DNA of 32,000 nucleotides from an uncultured Pseudomonadota bacterium (GTDB taxonomy: Bacteria; Pseudomonadota; Alphaproteobacteria; Rs-D84), in assembly GCA_902774305.1 (NCBI GenBank), contig CACYHY010000006.1, positions 5,649-37,648 on the forward strand. Reading direction: 5' to 3'. A program made the translations under genes and the position numbers. Below the pieces are notes generated by a model that saw only the letters and a list, made by a program, of their open reading frames with translations, did no database searches and was not told the DNA's origin. Below, piece after piece: positions 17,121-27,617 of this stretch (position 1 is its first letter; each line of letters starts with the position of its first letter).

Positions 17121-17525
17121 TTATTTAGCCTTTTTAGCTTTTGGTTCTTGTTTTTTTGCGTCCGTAGCTTTACCTGATTCCAAAACGATTGTCAAATTAG
17201 AAAAAGGTTTCAAAATCGGACGTGCACTACCGCGTGGTCCTGGCATAATGCGCTTCATTGTTAATGCTTTGCCACACCAAATTTCTTTGACGAACAAAGT
17301 ATCAACAGGTAAGTTTTTGTTGTGTTCTGCATTTGCAACAGCAGACAACAAAGTTTTCAAAACTTCATCAGAAACACGTTTCTTTGAAAATTTCAAAACA
17401 TCAACGGCACGATCAACTGGCAAGCCGCGAACCATATCACAAACCAGATTTAATTTCTGGTGGCTGATGCGAATCATTTTATTGAACGCACGAACCTGAT
17501 TGTCTTTAATTCCATATCTTGACAT
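17121..17525 (-). CDS. rplV: 50S ribosomal protein L22
   Basis: 134 aa; ...IRISHQKLNLVCDMVRG... Confidence 0.93.
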   Translation of the reverse strand: MSRYGIKDNQVRAFNKMIRISHQKLNLVCDMVRGLPVDRAVDVLKFSKKRVSDEVLKTLLSAVANAEHNKNLPVDTLFVKEIWCGKALTMKRIMPGPRGSARPILKPFSNLTIVLESGKATDAKKQEPKAKKAK

Positions 17526-17537
17526 AATTCACCTACC

Positions 17538-17819
17538 TTATTTTGCTGCCGCTTTTTTGTTTGCTGCATGTCCTTTGAAAGTACGTGTTGGTGCAAATTC
17601 GCCCAATTTGTGTCCAATCATATCTTCGACAACAGACACAGGGATAAATTTGTTACCATTGTGTACTTCAAATGTTAAACCAACCATTGGTGGCACGATT
17701 GTGCTACCGCGGGACCATGTTTTAATAGGTTTGTGGTCATTTCTTTCATTTGCAACCGCAACTTTCTTCAAAAGTGACGGATGAATATAAGGACCTTTCC
17801 ATACTGAACGAGACATCAT
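17538..17819 (-). CDS. rpsS: 30S ribosomal protein S19
   Basis: 93 aa; [10 protein letters not shown]...[16 protein letters not shown]. Confidence 0.95.
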   Translation of the reverse strand: MMSRSVWKGPYIHPSLLKKVAVANERNDHKPIKTWSRGSTIVPPMVGLTFEVHNGNKFIPVSVVEDMIGHKLGEFAPTRTFKGHAANKKAAAK

Positions 17820-17835
17820 TTACTCCGTTTTTTTA

Positions 17836-18669
17836 TTATTTTTTCTTCGCCAAATGTCTGCTACGGATAATCATCGGGCTTGTACGTTTATTGCTACGGG
17901 TACGATATCCCTTGGCTGGAATACCTGTACGTGAAACTGGTTCGTGACCTTTTGAATGTCCGTTACCACCACCCATTGGGTGATCGTTAGGATTCTGTGC
18001 CATACCACGAACAGATGGGCGAACACCCAACCAACGTGCACGACCGGCCTTACCCAAATTCACATTACGTTGGTCAGGGTTAGAAACACTACCAACTGTT
18101 GCTAAACAATCGGAATGAACTTTACGCAACTCGCCACTGTTCATTTTAATCTGAGCATAAACGCCGTCTTTACCCATCAATTGAGCATAGCAACCAGCAC
18201 TACGTGCCAATTGACCACCTGCCCCTGGTTTCAATTCAACGTTATGAACGATTGTACCGATTGGCATATTTTTCAAAGGCATTGCGTTACCTGGTTTAAT
18301 ATCTTCACGTTCACCAGAGATAACAACATCACCTGCCTTCAAATCACGTGGTGCCAAAATGTATGAACGAATACCATCCTTGTATTCAATCAAAGCGATA
18401 AATGCTGTACGATTTGGGTCATATTCCAAACGAACAACTGTCGCTGGTACACCGAATTTTTTACGTTTAAAGTCAATTAAACGATAACTACGTTTGTGAC
18501 CGCCACCTTGGTGCATAACAGTCACTTGACCAAAATTATTACGTCCACCGTGGGATTTCAATCCAACGGTCAAAGCCTTTTCTGGTTTACCACGATGCAA
18601 TTCCGCGCGACTGACCAAAGTCAATCCACGTGTTCCTGCGGTAACCGGCTTATAATGCTTTAATGCCAT
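17836..18669 (-). CDS. rplB: 50S ribosomal protein L2
   Basis: 277 aa; ...[16 protein letters not shown]... Confidence 0.97.
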   Translation of the reverse strand: MALKHYKPVTAGTRGLTLVSRAELHRGKPEKALTVGLKSHGGRNNFGQVTVMHQGGGHKRSYRLIDFKRKKFGVPATVVRLEYDPNRTAFIALIEYKDGIRSYILAPRDLKAGDVVISGEREDIKPGNAMPLKNMPIGTIVHNVELKPGAGGQLARSAGCYAQLMGKDGVYAQIKMNSGELRKVHSDCLATVGSVSNPDQRNVNLGKAGRARWLGVRPSVRGMAQNPNDHPMGGGNGHSKGHEPVSRTGIPAKGYRTRSNKRTSPMIIRSRHLAKKK

Positions 18670-18734
18670 TTTTTCTATCCTTATTTTTCTTGAACAATAA
18701 CACCCATCGTTATTATAGGTTCTCTGTCCAAGGG

Positions 18735-19076
18735 TTATTTACTCTGTGCTTCTACCGACAGATCAACTGTTGCGTCTGCTGGTAATGACACATATGCTTT
18801 TTTAATATCGCGTTGTTTGCCTGTGCTGCGACCACGGAAAGTTTTCACTTTACCTTTTGTAATAACGATGTTTACCTTGGTTGGTTTAACACCATAAATT
18901 ACCTGCATAGCACGAGCAACGTCCGATTTTGTTGCATTTGGTGCAACTTCGAACACAACGCCGTTGCTTTCAGACAATTTTGCAGATTTCTCTGAAACGA
19001 CTGGACGAACCAAGATGTCATAGACACCGGCTGTCGCAACTAATTTCTTTTCTGTATTAACTTTCTTTTCTGCCAT
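18735..19076 (-). CDS. rplW: 50S ribosomal protein L23
   Basis: 113 aa; ...[13 protein letters not shown]...; positioned between rplD and rplB. Confidence 0.92.
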   Translation of the reverse strand: MAEKKVNTEKKLVATAGVYDILVRPVVSEKSAKLSESNGVVFEVAPNATKSDVARAMQVIYGVKPTKVNIVITKGKVKTFRGRSTGKQRDIKKAYVSLPADATVDLSVEAQSK

Positions 19077-19091
19077 CTTCGAATCCTTTCA

Positions 19092-19712
19092 TTATGCCAA
19101 TCTGGCCTCTACGGATTTGACGGCATCGGCTGTCAAAACCAATTTTTCATGTTTCAAGATGTCCAAAACATTCAAACCAATCGTTGGCAAAGCATCAACA
19201 TTGACAATATTCGCCACAGATTTTTTGAAGTTTGCATCCAATTCTGTGCTACCCACAAACAATACAGAATTCAAACCCAATTTTTTCAATTGTTTTGCAA
19301 CTGTATTTGTTTTAGCTGCCTTCACTTTTTCAGAATCGATAACAACCAAATTGCCATCTTGTAATTTAGAAGACAAAGCCATTTTCAAACCCAATGCACG
19401 GATTTTCTTTGGCAAGTCAATGCTGTGATCACGGACGACTGGACCATGAACAACACCACCGCCACGCATGTGAACATTGTATCTTTCACCTTGACGAGCA
19501 TTACCTGTCTTCTTTTGTTTAAATGCTTTACGGCCACTACCTGCTACATCAGAAACAGTTTTAACCGCATGTGTTCCAGCGCGAGCATTTGCACGTTGCC
19601 AAGTAACAACACGATGCAAAATATCCGCACGTGGAGAAACACCAAATACACTGTCAGACAAATCAACTTTGCCAACTGATTTACCATCAAAATTTATAAT
19701 ATCTAATTGCAT
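19092..19712 (-). CDS. rplD: 50S ribosomal protein L4
   Basis: Trimmed to the ATG at 19712 (MQLDIINFDGKS...), AAGGTGG upstream. Confidence 0.93.
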   Translation of the reverse strand: MQLDIINFDGKSVGKVDLSDSVFGVSPRADILHRVVTWQRANARAGTHAVKTVSDVAGSGRKAFKQKKTGNARQGERYNVHMRGGGVVHGPVVRDHSIDLPKKIRALGLKMALSSKLQDGNLVVIDSEKVKAAKTNTVAKQLKKLGLNSVLFVGSTELDANFKKSVANIVNVDALPTIGLNVLDILKHEKLVLTADAVKSVEARLA

Positions 19713-19725
19713 TTTTTCCACCTTA

Positions 19726-20451
19726 CTATTCCGCAACAGTTTCTGTTTCGGTTGTTGCTACTGGCTCAGCTTCAGCTACTACTTTTGTTGCAGTTGGAAC
19801 TGGCAATTCTTTTTGTTCTTTTTTAATAGCATCTGTAACCAATACAAATGTGCCATTTGCACCTGGAACAGCGCCTTCAACAAAGATTAAATTTTCAGCT
19901 TCATCCATGCCGAAAACTTTCAAGTTTTGAACGGTCACGGTTTCATTACCCATTTGACCGGACATCTTTTTACCTTTCAATACACGACCTGGCCATTCAC
20001 GCATACCTGTAGACCCCAAAGAACGATGAGCTTTTAACACACCGTGTGATGCTTCCTTACCGCCAAAGTTATGACGTTTCATTGCACCTTGGAATCCTTT
20101 ACCTTTGCTGGTCGCTTGGACATCAACAAATTGTCCGACAACGAAATGAGACGCAGACAATTGTGTCCCTGCTGGGATAACACAATCATCCGACACGCGG
20201 AATTCCACAACTTTGCGATATGGTTTAATACCGCTTTTTTCCGCCGCCACTGCTTGTGGTTTTGCAACATGTTTTGCTTTGGCTTCGCATACACCCAAGA
20301 TGTTTGCGACATAACCGTTCTTTTCCATTGTACGATTACCAATAACCGCACAATCGCCCACAGATAAAACTGTGACAGCGTGAGCGACACCTGCATCATC
20401 ATACAGACGAGTCATTCCTATTTTTGTTGTAATTAATCCGCTACGTTTCAT
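19726..20451 (-). CDS. rplC: 50S ribosomal protein L3
   Basis: 241 aa; MKRSGLITTKIGMTRLYD...KGKGFQGAMKRHNFGG... Confidence 0.95.
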   Translation of the reverse strand: MKRSGLITTKIGMTRLYDDAGVAHAVTVLSVGDCAVIGNRTMEKNGYVANILGVCEAKAKHVAKPQAVAAEKSGIKPYRKVVEFRVSDDCVIPAGTQLSASHFVVGQFVDVQATSKGKGFQGAMKRHNFGGKEASHGVLKAHRSLGSTGMREWPGRVLKGKKMSGQMGNETVTVQNLKVFGMDEAENLIFVEGAVPGANGTFVLVTDAIKKEQKELPVPTATKVVAEAEPVATTETETVAE

Positions 20452-20509
20452 TTTTTTATGCCTTTTTGTTTGTCAGAGGTTAATAAACACACCTTTATCA
20501 ACCTAACAA

Positions 20510-20821
20510 TTACAATTTAATTTTTACATCAACACCAGACGCCAAGTCCAACTTCATCAAGGCATCGACTGTCTGAGGGGTTGGATTAACAATATCGACA
20601 ACCGCTTTATGATTACGGATTTCGAATTGTTCACGTGATTTTTTATCAACGTGTGGAGAACGATTGACTGTAAACTTTTGAATTAATGTCGGCAAGCGAA
20701 CAGGTCCTACGACATCCGCGCCAGTACGCTTTGCAGTCTTGACTAATTCGTCAACCGATTCAATTAACACACGGTGATCAAACGCCGTCAATTTAATGCG
20801 AATTTTAGATGTTGGTACCAT
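20510..20821 (-). CDS. rpsJ: 30S ribosomal protein S10
   Basis: 103 aa; ...[16 protein letters not shown]... Confidence 0.96.
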   Translation of the reverse strand: MVPTSKIRIKLTAFDHRVLIESVDELVKTAKRTGADVVGPVRLPTLIQKFTVNRSPHVDKKSREQFEIRNHKAVVDIVNPTPQTVDALMKLDLASGVDVKIKL

Positions 20822-20852
20822 TTTGTTCGTTTCCTTTATTTGTTTTATATTG

Positions 20853-20894
20853 TGACAACGGGGAACAAGTTTAGCAAACTTTTCCCCGCTGTCA
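20853..20894 (-). promoter_or_regulatory. Long (~19-bp) hairpin in the tuf-rpsJ spacer (S10-operon leader, processing or attenuator element)
   Basis: Minus strand UGACAGCGGGGAA...UUCCCCGUUGUCA plus an inner AAGUUU/AAACUU stem. The G-U pair is valid only in the minus-strand RNA. No U-tract follows on the sense strand. Confidence 0.45.
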
Positions 20895-20902
20895 ATTTTT
20901 TA

Positions 20903-22090
20903 TTATTTGTTGATCTTAGATACAACACCGGCACCAACTGTGCGTCCGCCTTCACGGATAGCAAAGCGGCGGCCTTCGCTCATAGCAATAGGTGCAATCA
21001 ATTGCACTGTGATACGAACGTTATCGCCTGGCAAAACCATTTCTTTGCCTTCTGGCAATGTGATTGTACCTGTCACATCAGTTGTGCTGAAGTAGAACTG
21101 TGGACGATAGTTAGAGAAGAATGGAGTATGACGTCCGCCTTCTTCTTTTTGCAAGATGTACACTTCTGCTTCAAAGTCTGTATGTGGTGTAATAGAACCT
21201 GGTTTGCAGATAATCTGACCACGTTCGACTTCTTCTTTTTTGGTTCCACGTAACAACAAACCAACGTTATCACCGGCTTCACCTTGATCCAACAATTTGC
21301 GGAACATTTCAACGCCTGTAACTGTTGTTTTTTGTGTTGGACGCAAACCAACGATTTCACATTCTTCACCAACTTTGATTGTACCAGCTTCGATACGACC
21401 TGTAACCACTGTACCACGACCTGTGATAGAGAACACGTCTTCGATTGGCATCAAGAAAGGTTTATCTGTTGGACGTTCTGGCATTGGGATGTATTCATCG
21501 CAAGCTTTCAACAAAGCATCAATAGATTCTTTGCCCAAACCGTCAGATTTGCCTTCCAAAGCGGAAATAGCAGAACCACGGATAATTGGAGCATTGTCAC
21601 CATCAAAACCGTTTGTTGTCAACAATTCACGAATTTCCATTTCAACCAATTCCAACAATTCTGGATCGTTTGCCAAATCACATTTGTTCAAATAAACGAC
21701 GATTTTTGGAATACCCACTTGACGTGCCAACAAAATGTGTTCACGTGTCTGAGGCATTGGACCGTCAGTTGCAGCAACCACCAAAATAGCACCGTCCATC
21801 TGAGCAGCACCAGTAATCATGTTTTTAACATAGTCAGCGTGTCCTGGGCAGTCAACGTGAGCATAGTGACGTGTAGCTGTTTCATATTCAACGTGTGCAG
21901 TGTTAATTGTTATTCCACGTGCTTTTTCTTCTGGAGCACTATCAATTTCGTTAACACCCTTGTTAGCATCAGCACCAACACCGTAGTAGTGAACAATAGC
22001 AGCAGTCAAAGTTGTTTTACCGTGGTCAACGTGACCAATAGTACCAATATTGACATGTGGCTTTGATCTTACATATTTTTCTCTTGCCAT
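20903..22090 (-). CDS. tuf: Elongation factor Tu
   Basis: 395 aa; ...[14 protein letters not shown]...DCPGHADY...NKCD... Confidence 0.98.
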   Translation of the reverse strand: MAREKYVRSKPHVNIGTIGHVDHGKTTLTAAIVHYYGVGADANKGVNEIDSAPEEKARGITINTAHVEYETATRHYAHVDCPGHADYVKNMITGAAQMDGAILVVAATDGPMPQTREHILLARQVGIPKIVVYLNKCDLANDPELLELVEMEIRELLTTNGFDGDNAPIIRGSAISALEGKSDGLGKESIDALLKACDEYIPMPERPTDKPFLMPIEDVFSITGRGTVVTGRIEAGTIKVGEECEIVGLRPTQKTTVTGVEMFRKLLDQGEAGDNVGLLLRGTKKEEVERGQIICKPGSITPHTDFEAEVYILQKEEGGRHTPFFSNYRPQFYFSTTDVTGTITLPEGKEMVLPGDNVRITVQLIAPIAMSEGRRFAIREGGRTVGAGVVSKINK

Positions 22091-22128
22091 AGTTTTTTCT
22101 CCTTAAGGCTTTTTTTGCTTGTTAAACT

Positions 22129-22179
22129 GATTTTTGAAATCTAGTTTCGAATACAATCATAAACCAGAAATCAAAAATC
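22129..22179 (-). promoter_or_regulatory. Long imperfect hairpin in the 100-nt fusA-tuf spacer
   Basis: 19-nt arms gatttttgaaatctagttt (22129-22147) / aaaccagaaatcaaaaatc (22161-22179), with 16 matches plus 1 wobble and a 13-nt loop. Confidence 0.4.
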
Positions 22180-22190
22180 GCAATCTTTTT

Positions 22191-24272
22191 TTACTTTGTC
22201 ATTTTCTTTATGACTTCATCGGCAACATTTTGCGGCACTTCGTCATAGTGCGACAATTCCATATATGGATTTGCACGTCCCTGTGACAAAGAACGCAGGG
22301 TCTTTACGTAACCGAACAAATTCGCCAATGGAACGAACGCGGAAATCACTTGGTTACCAAATTGAGTTTCAATTCCGTTGATTTGACCACGACGACTGTT
22401 CAAGTCACCGATAATGTCACCGACGTATTCTTCCGGTGTGTTAACCGAAAGTTTCATAATCGGCTCCAATAATTTTGGCGATGCTTTCTTCATCGCTTCG
22501 CGGAAGCAAGCACGCGCCGCAATTTCAAAGCACAACACATTAGAGTCAACTTCGTGATATTTACCATCTACTAATGTTGCCTTGAAATCCACAGTAGGAT
22601 AGCCAATCAAAACACCTGTTTGTTGTGCTATCTTCAAACCCTTTTCAACGCCAGGGATGTATTCTTTTGGAATCGCACCACCGACAATCTTGTTTTCAAA
22701 CTCATAGCCCTTACCTGGTTCCAATGGTTCAAATTCAATTTTAACCTGAGCATATTGACCGGAACCACCAGACTGTTTCTTGTGAGTATATTCTTCGGTA
22801 ACTGGTTTGCGGAATGTTTCACGATATGCAATACGTGGTTCACCGACATTAACATCGACTTTGAATTCACGTAACAAACGATCAACCAAAATTTCCAAAT
22901 GCAATTCACCAACACCTGACAAAATTGTTTGACCAGATTCTTCGTCCACAGAAACGCGGAATGAAGGATCTTCTTTTGCCAATGCTTGCAGTCCCAATGA
23001 CATTTTTTCAATATCAGCTTTTGTTTTTGGTTCCACAGCAATAGACATAACTGGTTCTGGAATATGGATGCTTTCCAAGATAATTGGATTAGCTTCATCG
23101 CAAAGTGTATCACCAGTAATTGTTTCTTTCATACCAACCAAAGTGATAATGTCACCTGCGGATGCTTCTTTGATTTCTTCACGAGTATTTGCGTGCATCA
23201 ACAACATACGACCAACACGTTCACGTTTATCACGGTTAGAATTATAGATATAAGAACCTGATTGCAATTTACCAGAATAAATACGGATAAACATCAAGTT
23301 ACCAACGAATGGATCGTTTGCAACTTTAAATGCCAATGCGCTGAATGGTTCTTTTGGATCTGCATGACGTTCATCAGGTGTTTCACCGTCCATTTTAGTT
23401 CCTTTAATAGCAGGAATATCCAATGGAGATGGCAAGTAATCAACAATTGCATCCAACAATGGTTGAACACCTTTATTCTTAAATGCAGTTCCACACAATA
23501 CAGGATTAAAGCTCTGATTAATTGTTCCCTTACGAATCAATTTTTTAATTGTATCGACATCTGGAACTTTACCTTCCATGTATGCTTCCATAACAGCATC
23601 ATCTTGGGTAACAGCTTCTTCAATCAATTTATTGTGTAATTCTTCAGCTTTGGCTTTCAAATCTTCTGGAATTTCAATTGTCACAGGATGAGAACCTGTT
23701 TCATCTTCCCAAATCAAGCCTTTCATTTCCAAGACGTCAACAACGCCTTTGAATTCTGCTTCTTGACCAATTGGGAAATTCAAAACTAATGGATTTGCGC
23801 CCAAACGTTCACGGAACATATCAATGCAACGGAAGAAGTTTGCACCAGTTCTGTCCATTTTGTTCACAAAACAAATACGAGGAACATTATAACGATCAGC
23901 CTGACGCCAAACTGTTTCAGATTGTGGTTGCACACCAGACACAGATTCAAAAACAGCGACCGCACCGTCCAAAACACGCAAAGAACGTTCCACTTCCATA
24001 GTAAAGTCCACGTGTCCTGGGGTATCAATCAAATTAATACGATGATCGCGCCAAAAACAAGTAGTCGCAGCAGATGTAATTGTAATACCGCGTTCTTGTT
24101 CTTGAACCATCCAGTCCATAGTCGCGGCACCATCGTGCACTTCACCGATTTTATATGTTTTACCTGTATAGAACAAAATACGTTCTGATGTTGTAGTTTT
24201 ACCTGCGTCAATATGCGCCATAATTCCTATATTACGGTACATATGTAAAGGGGCGGTTTTTCCAACAGACAT
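22191..24272 (-). CDS. fusA: Elongation factor G
   Basis: 693 aa; ...[24 protein letters not shown]... Confidence 0.98.
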   Translation of the reverse strand: MSVGKTAPLHMYRNIGIMAHIDAGKTTTSERILFYTGKTYKIGEVHDGAATMDWMVQEQERGITITSAATTCFWRDHRINLIDTPGHVDFTMEVERSLRVLDGAVAVFESVSGVQPQSETVWRQADRYNVPRICFVNKMDRTGANFFRCIDMFRERLGANPLVLNFPIGQEAEFKGVVDVLEMKGLIWEDETGSHPVTIEIPEDLKAKAEELHNKLIEEAVTQDDAVMEAYMEGKVPDVDTIKKLIRKGTINQSFNPVLCGTAFKNKGVQPLLDAIVDYLPSPLDIPAIKGTKMDGETPDERHADPKEPFSALAFKVANDPFVGNLMFIRIYSGKLQSGSYIYNSNRDKRERVGRMLLMHANTREEIKEASAGDIITLVGMKETITGDTLCDEANPIILESIHIPEPVMSIAVEPKTKADIEKMSLGLQALAKEDPSFRVSVDEESGQTILSGVGELHLEILVDRLLREFKVDVNVGEPRIAYRETFRKPVTEEYTHKKQSGGSGQYAQVKIEFEPLEPGKGYEFENKIVGGAIPKEYIPGVEKGLKIAQQTGVLIGYPTVDFKATLVDGKYHEVDSNVLCFEIAARACFREAMKKASPKLLEPIMKLSVNTPEEYVGDIIGDLNSRRGQINGIETQFGNQVISAFVPLANLFGYVKTLRSLSQGRANPYMELSHYDEVPQNVADEVIKKMTK

Positions 24273-24296
24273 TGTCTTTCCTTTTCTTTTATATTA

Positions 24297-24773
24297 TTAC
24301 CAACGGAAGTGAGCAAACGCTTTATTCGCTTCTGCCATTTTATGAGTATCGATTTTCTTTTTAACTGCGCCACCGGTACCATTCAAAGCGTCACGCAATT
24401 CTGCAAACAAACGGTCCTGCATAGAACGTTCACCACGTTTGCGAGCAAACATAACCAACCAACGCAAAGCCAATGTTTGTTGACGTTCTGGACGAACTTC
24501 CACAGGAACTTGATAAGTCGCACCACCAACACGACGACCTTTTACTTCGACAGATGGTTTCAAAGCATCAACTGCTTCCAAGAACAGAGCCAATTCATCT
24601 TTACCATCTTTGGCCAAAGTTTTTAATTTATCTAATGCACCATAAACAATGTTTTCTGCGACTTCTTTTTTACCGTCCCACATAACAACATTGATACATT
24701 TTGCAACAACCAGATTATTATATTTGGAATCTGGCAAAATTTCACGCTTTGTTGCAGCTTTACGTCTTGACAT
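24297..24773 (-). CDS. rpsG: 30S ribosomal protein S7
   Basis: 158 aa; [18 protein letters not shown]..., ends FAHFRW. Confidence 0.97.
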   Translation of the reverse strand: MSRRKAATKREILPDSKYNNLVVAKCINVVMWDGKKEVAENIVYGALDKLKTLAKDGKDELALFLEAVDALKPSVEVKGRRVGGATYQVPVEVRPERQQTLALRWLVMFARKRGERSMQDRLFAELRDALNGTGGAVKKKIDTHKMAEANKAFAHFRW

Positions 24774-24815
24774 ATTTTTTATCCTTTATTTCTTCACCCG
24801 GATTTCCGGATTACT

Positions 24816-24834
24816 CATCTGAACGATTCAGATG
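24816..24834 (-). promoter_or_regulatory. Perfect 8-bp hairpin directly after the rpsL stop (rpsL-rpsG spacer)
   Basis: catctgaa-cga-ttcagatg (24816-24834). In E. coli, S7 autoregulates at the rpsL-rpsG intercistronic region. The functional link here is inference only. Confidence 0.35.
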
Positions 24835-25206
24835 TTATTTTTTACTTTTTGCCCCATATAAAGAGCGACCTTGTTTTCTAGATTCGACACCCTTGGTATC
24901 CAAAACACCACGAATAATGTGATATTTCACACCAGGCAAGTCCTTTACACGACCACCACGAATCATAACAACGCTGTGTTCCTGCAAATTATGTCCTTCG
25001 CCAGGAATATATGCAGTAACTTCACGACCATTTGCCAGTTTCACACGGGCAACTTTACGTTGAGCAGAGTTAGGTTTCTTTGGTGTTGTGGTGTACACAC
25101 GTGTGCAAACGCCACGTTTTTGCGGACTTTCCATCATATCAGGAGCGGTACTTTTGACCACTTTTCTTTTACGAGGTTTCCGAATCAGTTGATTTACTGT
25201 TGGCAT
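24835..25206 (-). CDS. rpsL: 30S ribosomal protein S12
   Basis: 123 aa; [13 protein letters not shown]...[14 protein letters not shown]... Confidence 0.98.
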   Translation of the reverse strand: MPTVNQLIRKPRKRKVVKSTAPDMMESPQKRGVCTRVYTTTPKKPNSAQRKVARVKLANGREVTAYIPGEGHNLQEHSVVMIRGGRVKDLPGVKYHIIRGVLDTKGVESRKQGRSLYGAKSKK

Positions 25207-25357
25207 TCAAAATCTCTTTGTTTTTACTTTACTTTTTTGTTACACAAAACACCCCATTCAGACTTATTCCAAACGCATGCGTCTGGTTATAAATCTGCCC
25301 CAAGGTGCAGTTTTCTGTGTTTTTTGCACTCTCCTTGCTTACACGGAAAGCAGGATT

Positions 25358-25386
25358 AGTATAAACGCGAAGATGCGAATTGTCAA
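25358..25386 (-). promoter_or_regulatory. str-operon promoter
   Basis: Minus strand TTGACA (25386-25381), 17 nt, TATACT (25363-25358). This implies a ~145-nt leader before rpsL containing the palindrome acgcatgcgt. Confidence 0.6.
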
Positions 25387-25463
25387 GAAATATTCTGGAA
25401 AAAACCGCAGTTTTTTAAGTGGCGGACCAGTTTTTATACGGATTCCCGCCGTGTTCAAAAATA

Positions 25464-25490
25464 AAAGACCACCCATTTGGGCGGTCTTTT
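25464..25490 (-). terminator. Rho-independent terminator after the outer-membrane protein gene
   Basis: Minus strand AAGACCGCCC-aaau-GGGUGGUCUU (the G-U pair is valid only on the minus strand) followed by UUAUUUUU. A T-run is also present on the plus side. Confidence 0.7.
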
Positions 25491-25508
25491 GTTTTTAATG
25501 GTTTCAGA

Positions 25509-26324
25509 TTAGAAATCAATACCGAATTTAGCACCAAAGCCAAAGCCGTCATCCCAACCCCATTCGTCAGCAGCATTGCCATCGTGATGGTTCAAAGAAC
25601 CTTTAACATATGCACCAACGAACTTTGTTGCATCGATGTTATAGTTTACACCAAACATACCGTTCCATGTACCAGCATTTTTAACTTTAAGACCTTCGAC
25701 ATCATCATCCATAACGCCTCTGTATTCAACACCTGCAACCAAGTTCAATTTGTCACACAATACATATTGACCATCAACACCCAATCTTAATGCATGAAAA
25801 CCATCATCACCCCAGTTAAAGGATTCTGTGTTCAAGTAATCGAACGCAACATGACCTGCAACTGTGAACAAAGATGTTGTGTAACCACCACGAACACCTG
25901 CTGTCCATGTATAACCAGTCAAACCTTTATCCAAAAATTCTGAATGATCAGCCCACATTGGATCAACAGTGTAAGCGCCCAATACATCTAATTTCCATGC
26001 GCCCATATCCAAAGCGCGGAAAGCAGCAGCAAATGTTGTTTCTTCCCAAGCTACTTGATCAAATGTATCATTTTCCATCATTCCTGTAGAAATTTGGACA
26101 GCCAATTTATCTGTGATACCATAACCAAAATCTTCGCCTAAATTCCATTTATTGATTTGTTCATCTCCATTAACAAATTTATCCGTATGAGAAGACAAAT
26201 CTGTTACACTGTAAAAATGATTCGCTTTTGGCATATATAATGGATTACCGTCAATAACGTTTGCAGCGTGTGCGCCAGAAACAGCAAATACAGCAATTAA
26301 AGATGATAAAGCTAATTTTTTCAT
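25509..26324 (-). CDS. Outer-membrane beta-barrel protein (porin/Omp-like), 271 aa
   Basis: Trimmed to the ATG at 26324 (MKKLALSSLIAVFAVSGAHA|A signal peptide; AAGGA upstream). Alternating amphipathic strands, Gly/aromatic-rich, C-terminal ...GAKFGIDF with terminal Phe. Confidence 0.7.
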   Translation of the reverse strand: MKKLALSSLIAVFAVSGAHAANVIDGNPLYMPKANHFYSVTDLSSHTDKFVNGDEQINKWNLGEDFGYGITDKLAVQISTGMMENDTFDQVAWEETTFAAAFRALDMGAWKLDVLGAYTVDPMWADHSEFLDKGLTGYTWTAGVRGGYTTSLFTVAGHVAFDYLNTESFNWGDDGFHALRLGVDGQYVLCDKLNLVAGVEYRGVMDDDVEGLKVKNAGTWNGMFGVNYNIDATKFVGAYVKGSLNHHDGNAADEWGWDDGFGFGAKFGIDF

Positions 26325-26382
26325 AATATATCCTTTCCTTTTTGTTATTTTAGAACAGGCAACCTGTCGTCCTGTTAATACC

Positions 26383-26412
26383 ATTTTACTATGCTTGGAT
26401 TCCTAATGTCAA
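26383..26412 (-). promoter_or_regulatory. Promoter of the outer-membrane protein gene
   Basis: Minus strand TTGACA (26412-26407), 18 nt, TAAAAT (26388-26383). Confidence 0.5.
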
Positions 26413-26424
26413 AAAAAAGATTGT

Positions 26425-26453
26425 TTGATTTTTTATCGTTTGTGTGTTATAAT
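26425..26453 (+). promoter_or_regulatory. Orphan plus-strand extended -10 promoter, back-to-back with the OMP promoter
   Basis: TTGATT (26425-26430), 17 nt, TGtTATAAT (26445-26453). No plus-strand CDS lies downstream. Confidence 0.4.
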
Positions 26454-26459
26454 TCGCGC

Positions 26460-26519
26460 TGAATTTTTCGCAAGCTTTATAATCAACGCAGTTCCCTAGG
26501 AAACTGCTATTTTTTTATT
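26460..26519 (+). ncRNA. Candidate ~55-60-nt small RNA (hypothetical)
   Basis: Predicted TSS about 7 nt after the -10. Hairpin gcagtt...aactgc (26488-26507) followed by tatttttttatt. No ATG in the transcript. Caveat: the stem is better on the minus strand (a U-G pair instead of a C/A mismatch). Confidence 0.3.
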
Positions 26520-26575
26520 AAAAGTTTTAATGATTTTGTTTTTAATCAAAAAAGCAAATGTCGATATCAAGAATT

Positions 26576-27583
26576 TTATTTTTTTATATTTTTAATCACG
26601 CGCCAGTCAGCATGGTTTTTCAAATGTTCTTCATAAGAATTTGAAAATTTATGTCCACCCTGCCCGTCAGCCACAAAAAACAAATAATTCGTATCGGCTG
26701 GTCGCAACACTGCCTTTATCGCCGCCGCGCCAACATTTGCAATTGGTCCAGGTGGCAACCCAGCATTACGGTATGTATTATACGGGCTGTCCAATTTCAA
26801 ATGTCCTGTCAATAATGCCTCGCCTTGCATATCGCCCAATCCATCTGTCAAAACATACACAACCGTTGGATCAGCCTGCAACCGCATACCACTGCGCAAT
26901 CTGTTCAAATAAACACTGGCAACAATCGGCATTTCAGATACCTTTGGGGTTTCTTTTTGAACAATCGATGCCAATGTAATAACATCATGCCAACTGGTCA
27001 GTGGACGTGGCAAACTGCGTGATTCCATTTTCGCACGAACACTGTCCATTTTACGCCGTGCCAAATCCAACACAGCCAAACGCGGTGTTCCACGCGCAAC
27101 TTTATATGTATCTGGGAAAATATCGCCATCACGAATATTACACACCGGCGCCATATTACCCCCAACACAATTTACATCCCCAGACAGACTAGTATCATTT
27201 GCTAATAATATTTTTATTTGTTTTATTGTTAAACCTTCGGGAATTAAAATCTTGGTTGTTGCAACATCACCGTTAACCAACATCTTGGCGATTCGCCAAG
27301 CAGACGCCCCACGCGGAATATCATATTGTCCAACCCTAATCTTGCCACCTTGGGCGCGCACAGCCAATTTGAACGAAGCCGCCGAATCTATCAAATCATT
27401 TTGTTTTAGTATATTTGCAATGTCCGACACAGTTGCCCCAGATGGCACTGTCACCAACACAGGCTTGCGCGTTGCAAATCCAAATAGCATAAAACACACA
27501 ACCACCACAACCAAAACAACAAAAAATATAAATGGATGTTTTTTGATTGTATGCTTGAAAATTTTTTTGAATGTTTTCGCCAT
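26576..27583 (-). CDS. mltG: Endolytic murein transglycosylase MltG (YceG-like)
   Basis: Trimmed to the ATG at 27583 (MAKTFKKIFKHTIKKHPFIFFVVLVVVVV..., N-terminal TM). ...LASIVQKETPKVSEMPIVASVYLNRLRSGMRLQADPTVVY... is the YceG signature region. Confidence 0.85.
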   Translation of the reverse strand: MAKTFKKIFKHTIKKHPFIFFVVLVVVVVCFMLFGFATRKPVLVTVPSGATVSDIANILKQNDLIDSAASFKLAVRAQGGKIRVGQYDIPRGASAWRIAKMLVNGDVATTKILIPEGLTIKQIKILLANDTSLSGDVNCVGGNMAPVCNIRDGDIFPDTYKVARGTPRLAVLDLARRKMDSVRAKMESRSLPRPLTSWHDVITLASIVQKETPKVSEMPIVASVYLNRLRSGMRLQADPTVVYVLTDGLGDMQGEALLTGHLKLDSPYNTYRNAGLPPGPIANVGAAAIKAVLRPADTNYLFFVADGQGGHKFSNSYEEHLKNHADWRVIKNIKK

Positions 27584-27617
27584 GACTAATCGATTATCAC
27601 AAAAATAAAATTCATTG

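Noticed and set aside
20853-20905. The hairpins at 20853-20894 and 7251-7282 have their T-tracts on the plus side, so they looked like antisense-facing intrinsic terminators.
   Set aside because: In both, one stem position is a G-U pair only in the minus-strand RNA and an A/C mismatch in plus-strand RNA, so the fold favours the sense transcript. The A-runs may simply follow the stop codons in AT-rich DNA.
21284-22066. A 260-aa plus-strand ORF antisense to tuf, plus similar long antisense ORFs (e.g. 1570-2142, 8749-9288, 16531-17007, 20774-21253, 24871-25359).
   Set aside because: Each lies entirely inside a strongly supported minus-strand gene. Their translations are C/F/N/T/H-rich nonsense with no RBS or promoter. 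They are shadow ORFs produced by the codon bias of the opposite strand.
26406-26462. An 18-aa plus-strand ORF (MSKKRLFDFLSFVCYNSR) in the OMP-mltG spacer.
   Set aside because: It has no convincing RBS. It overlaps both divergent promoter boxes, and it is too short to support without conservation or ribosome-profiling data.
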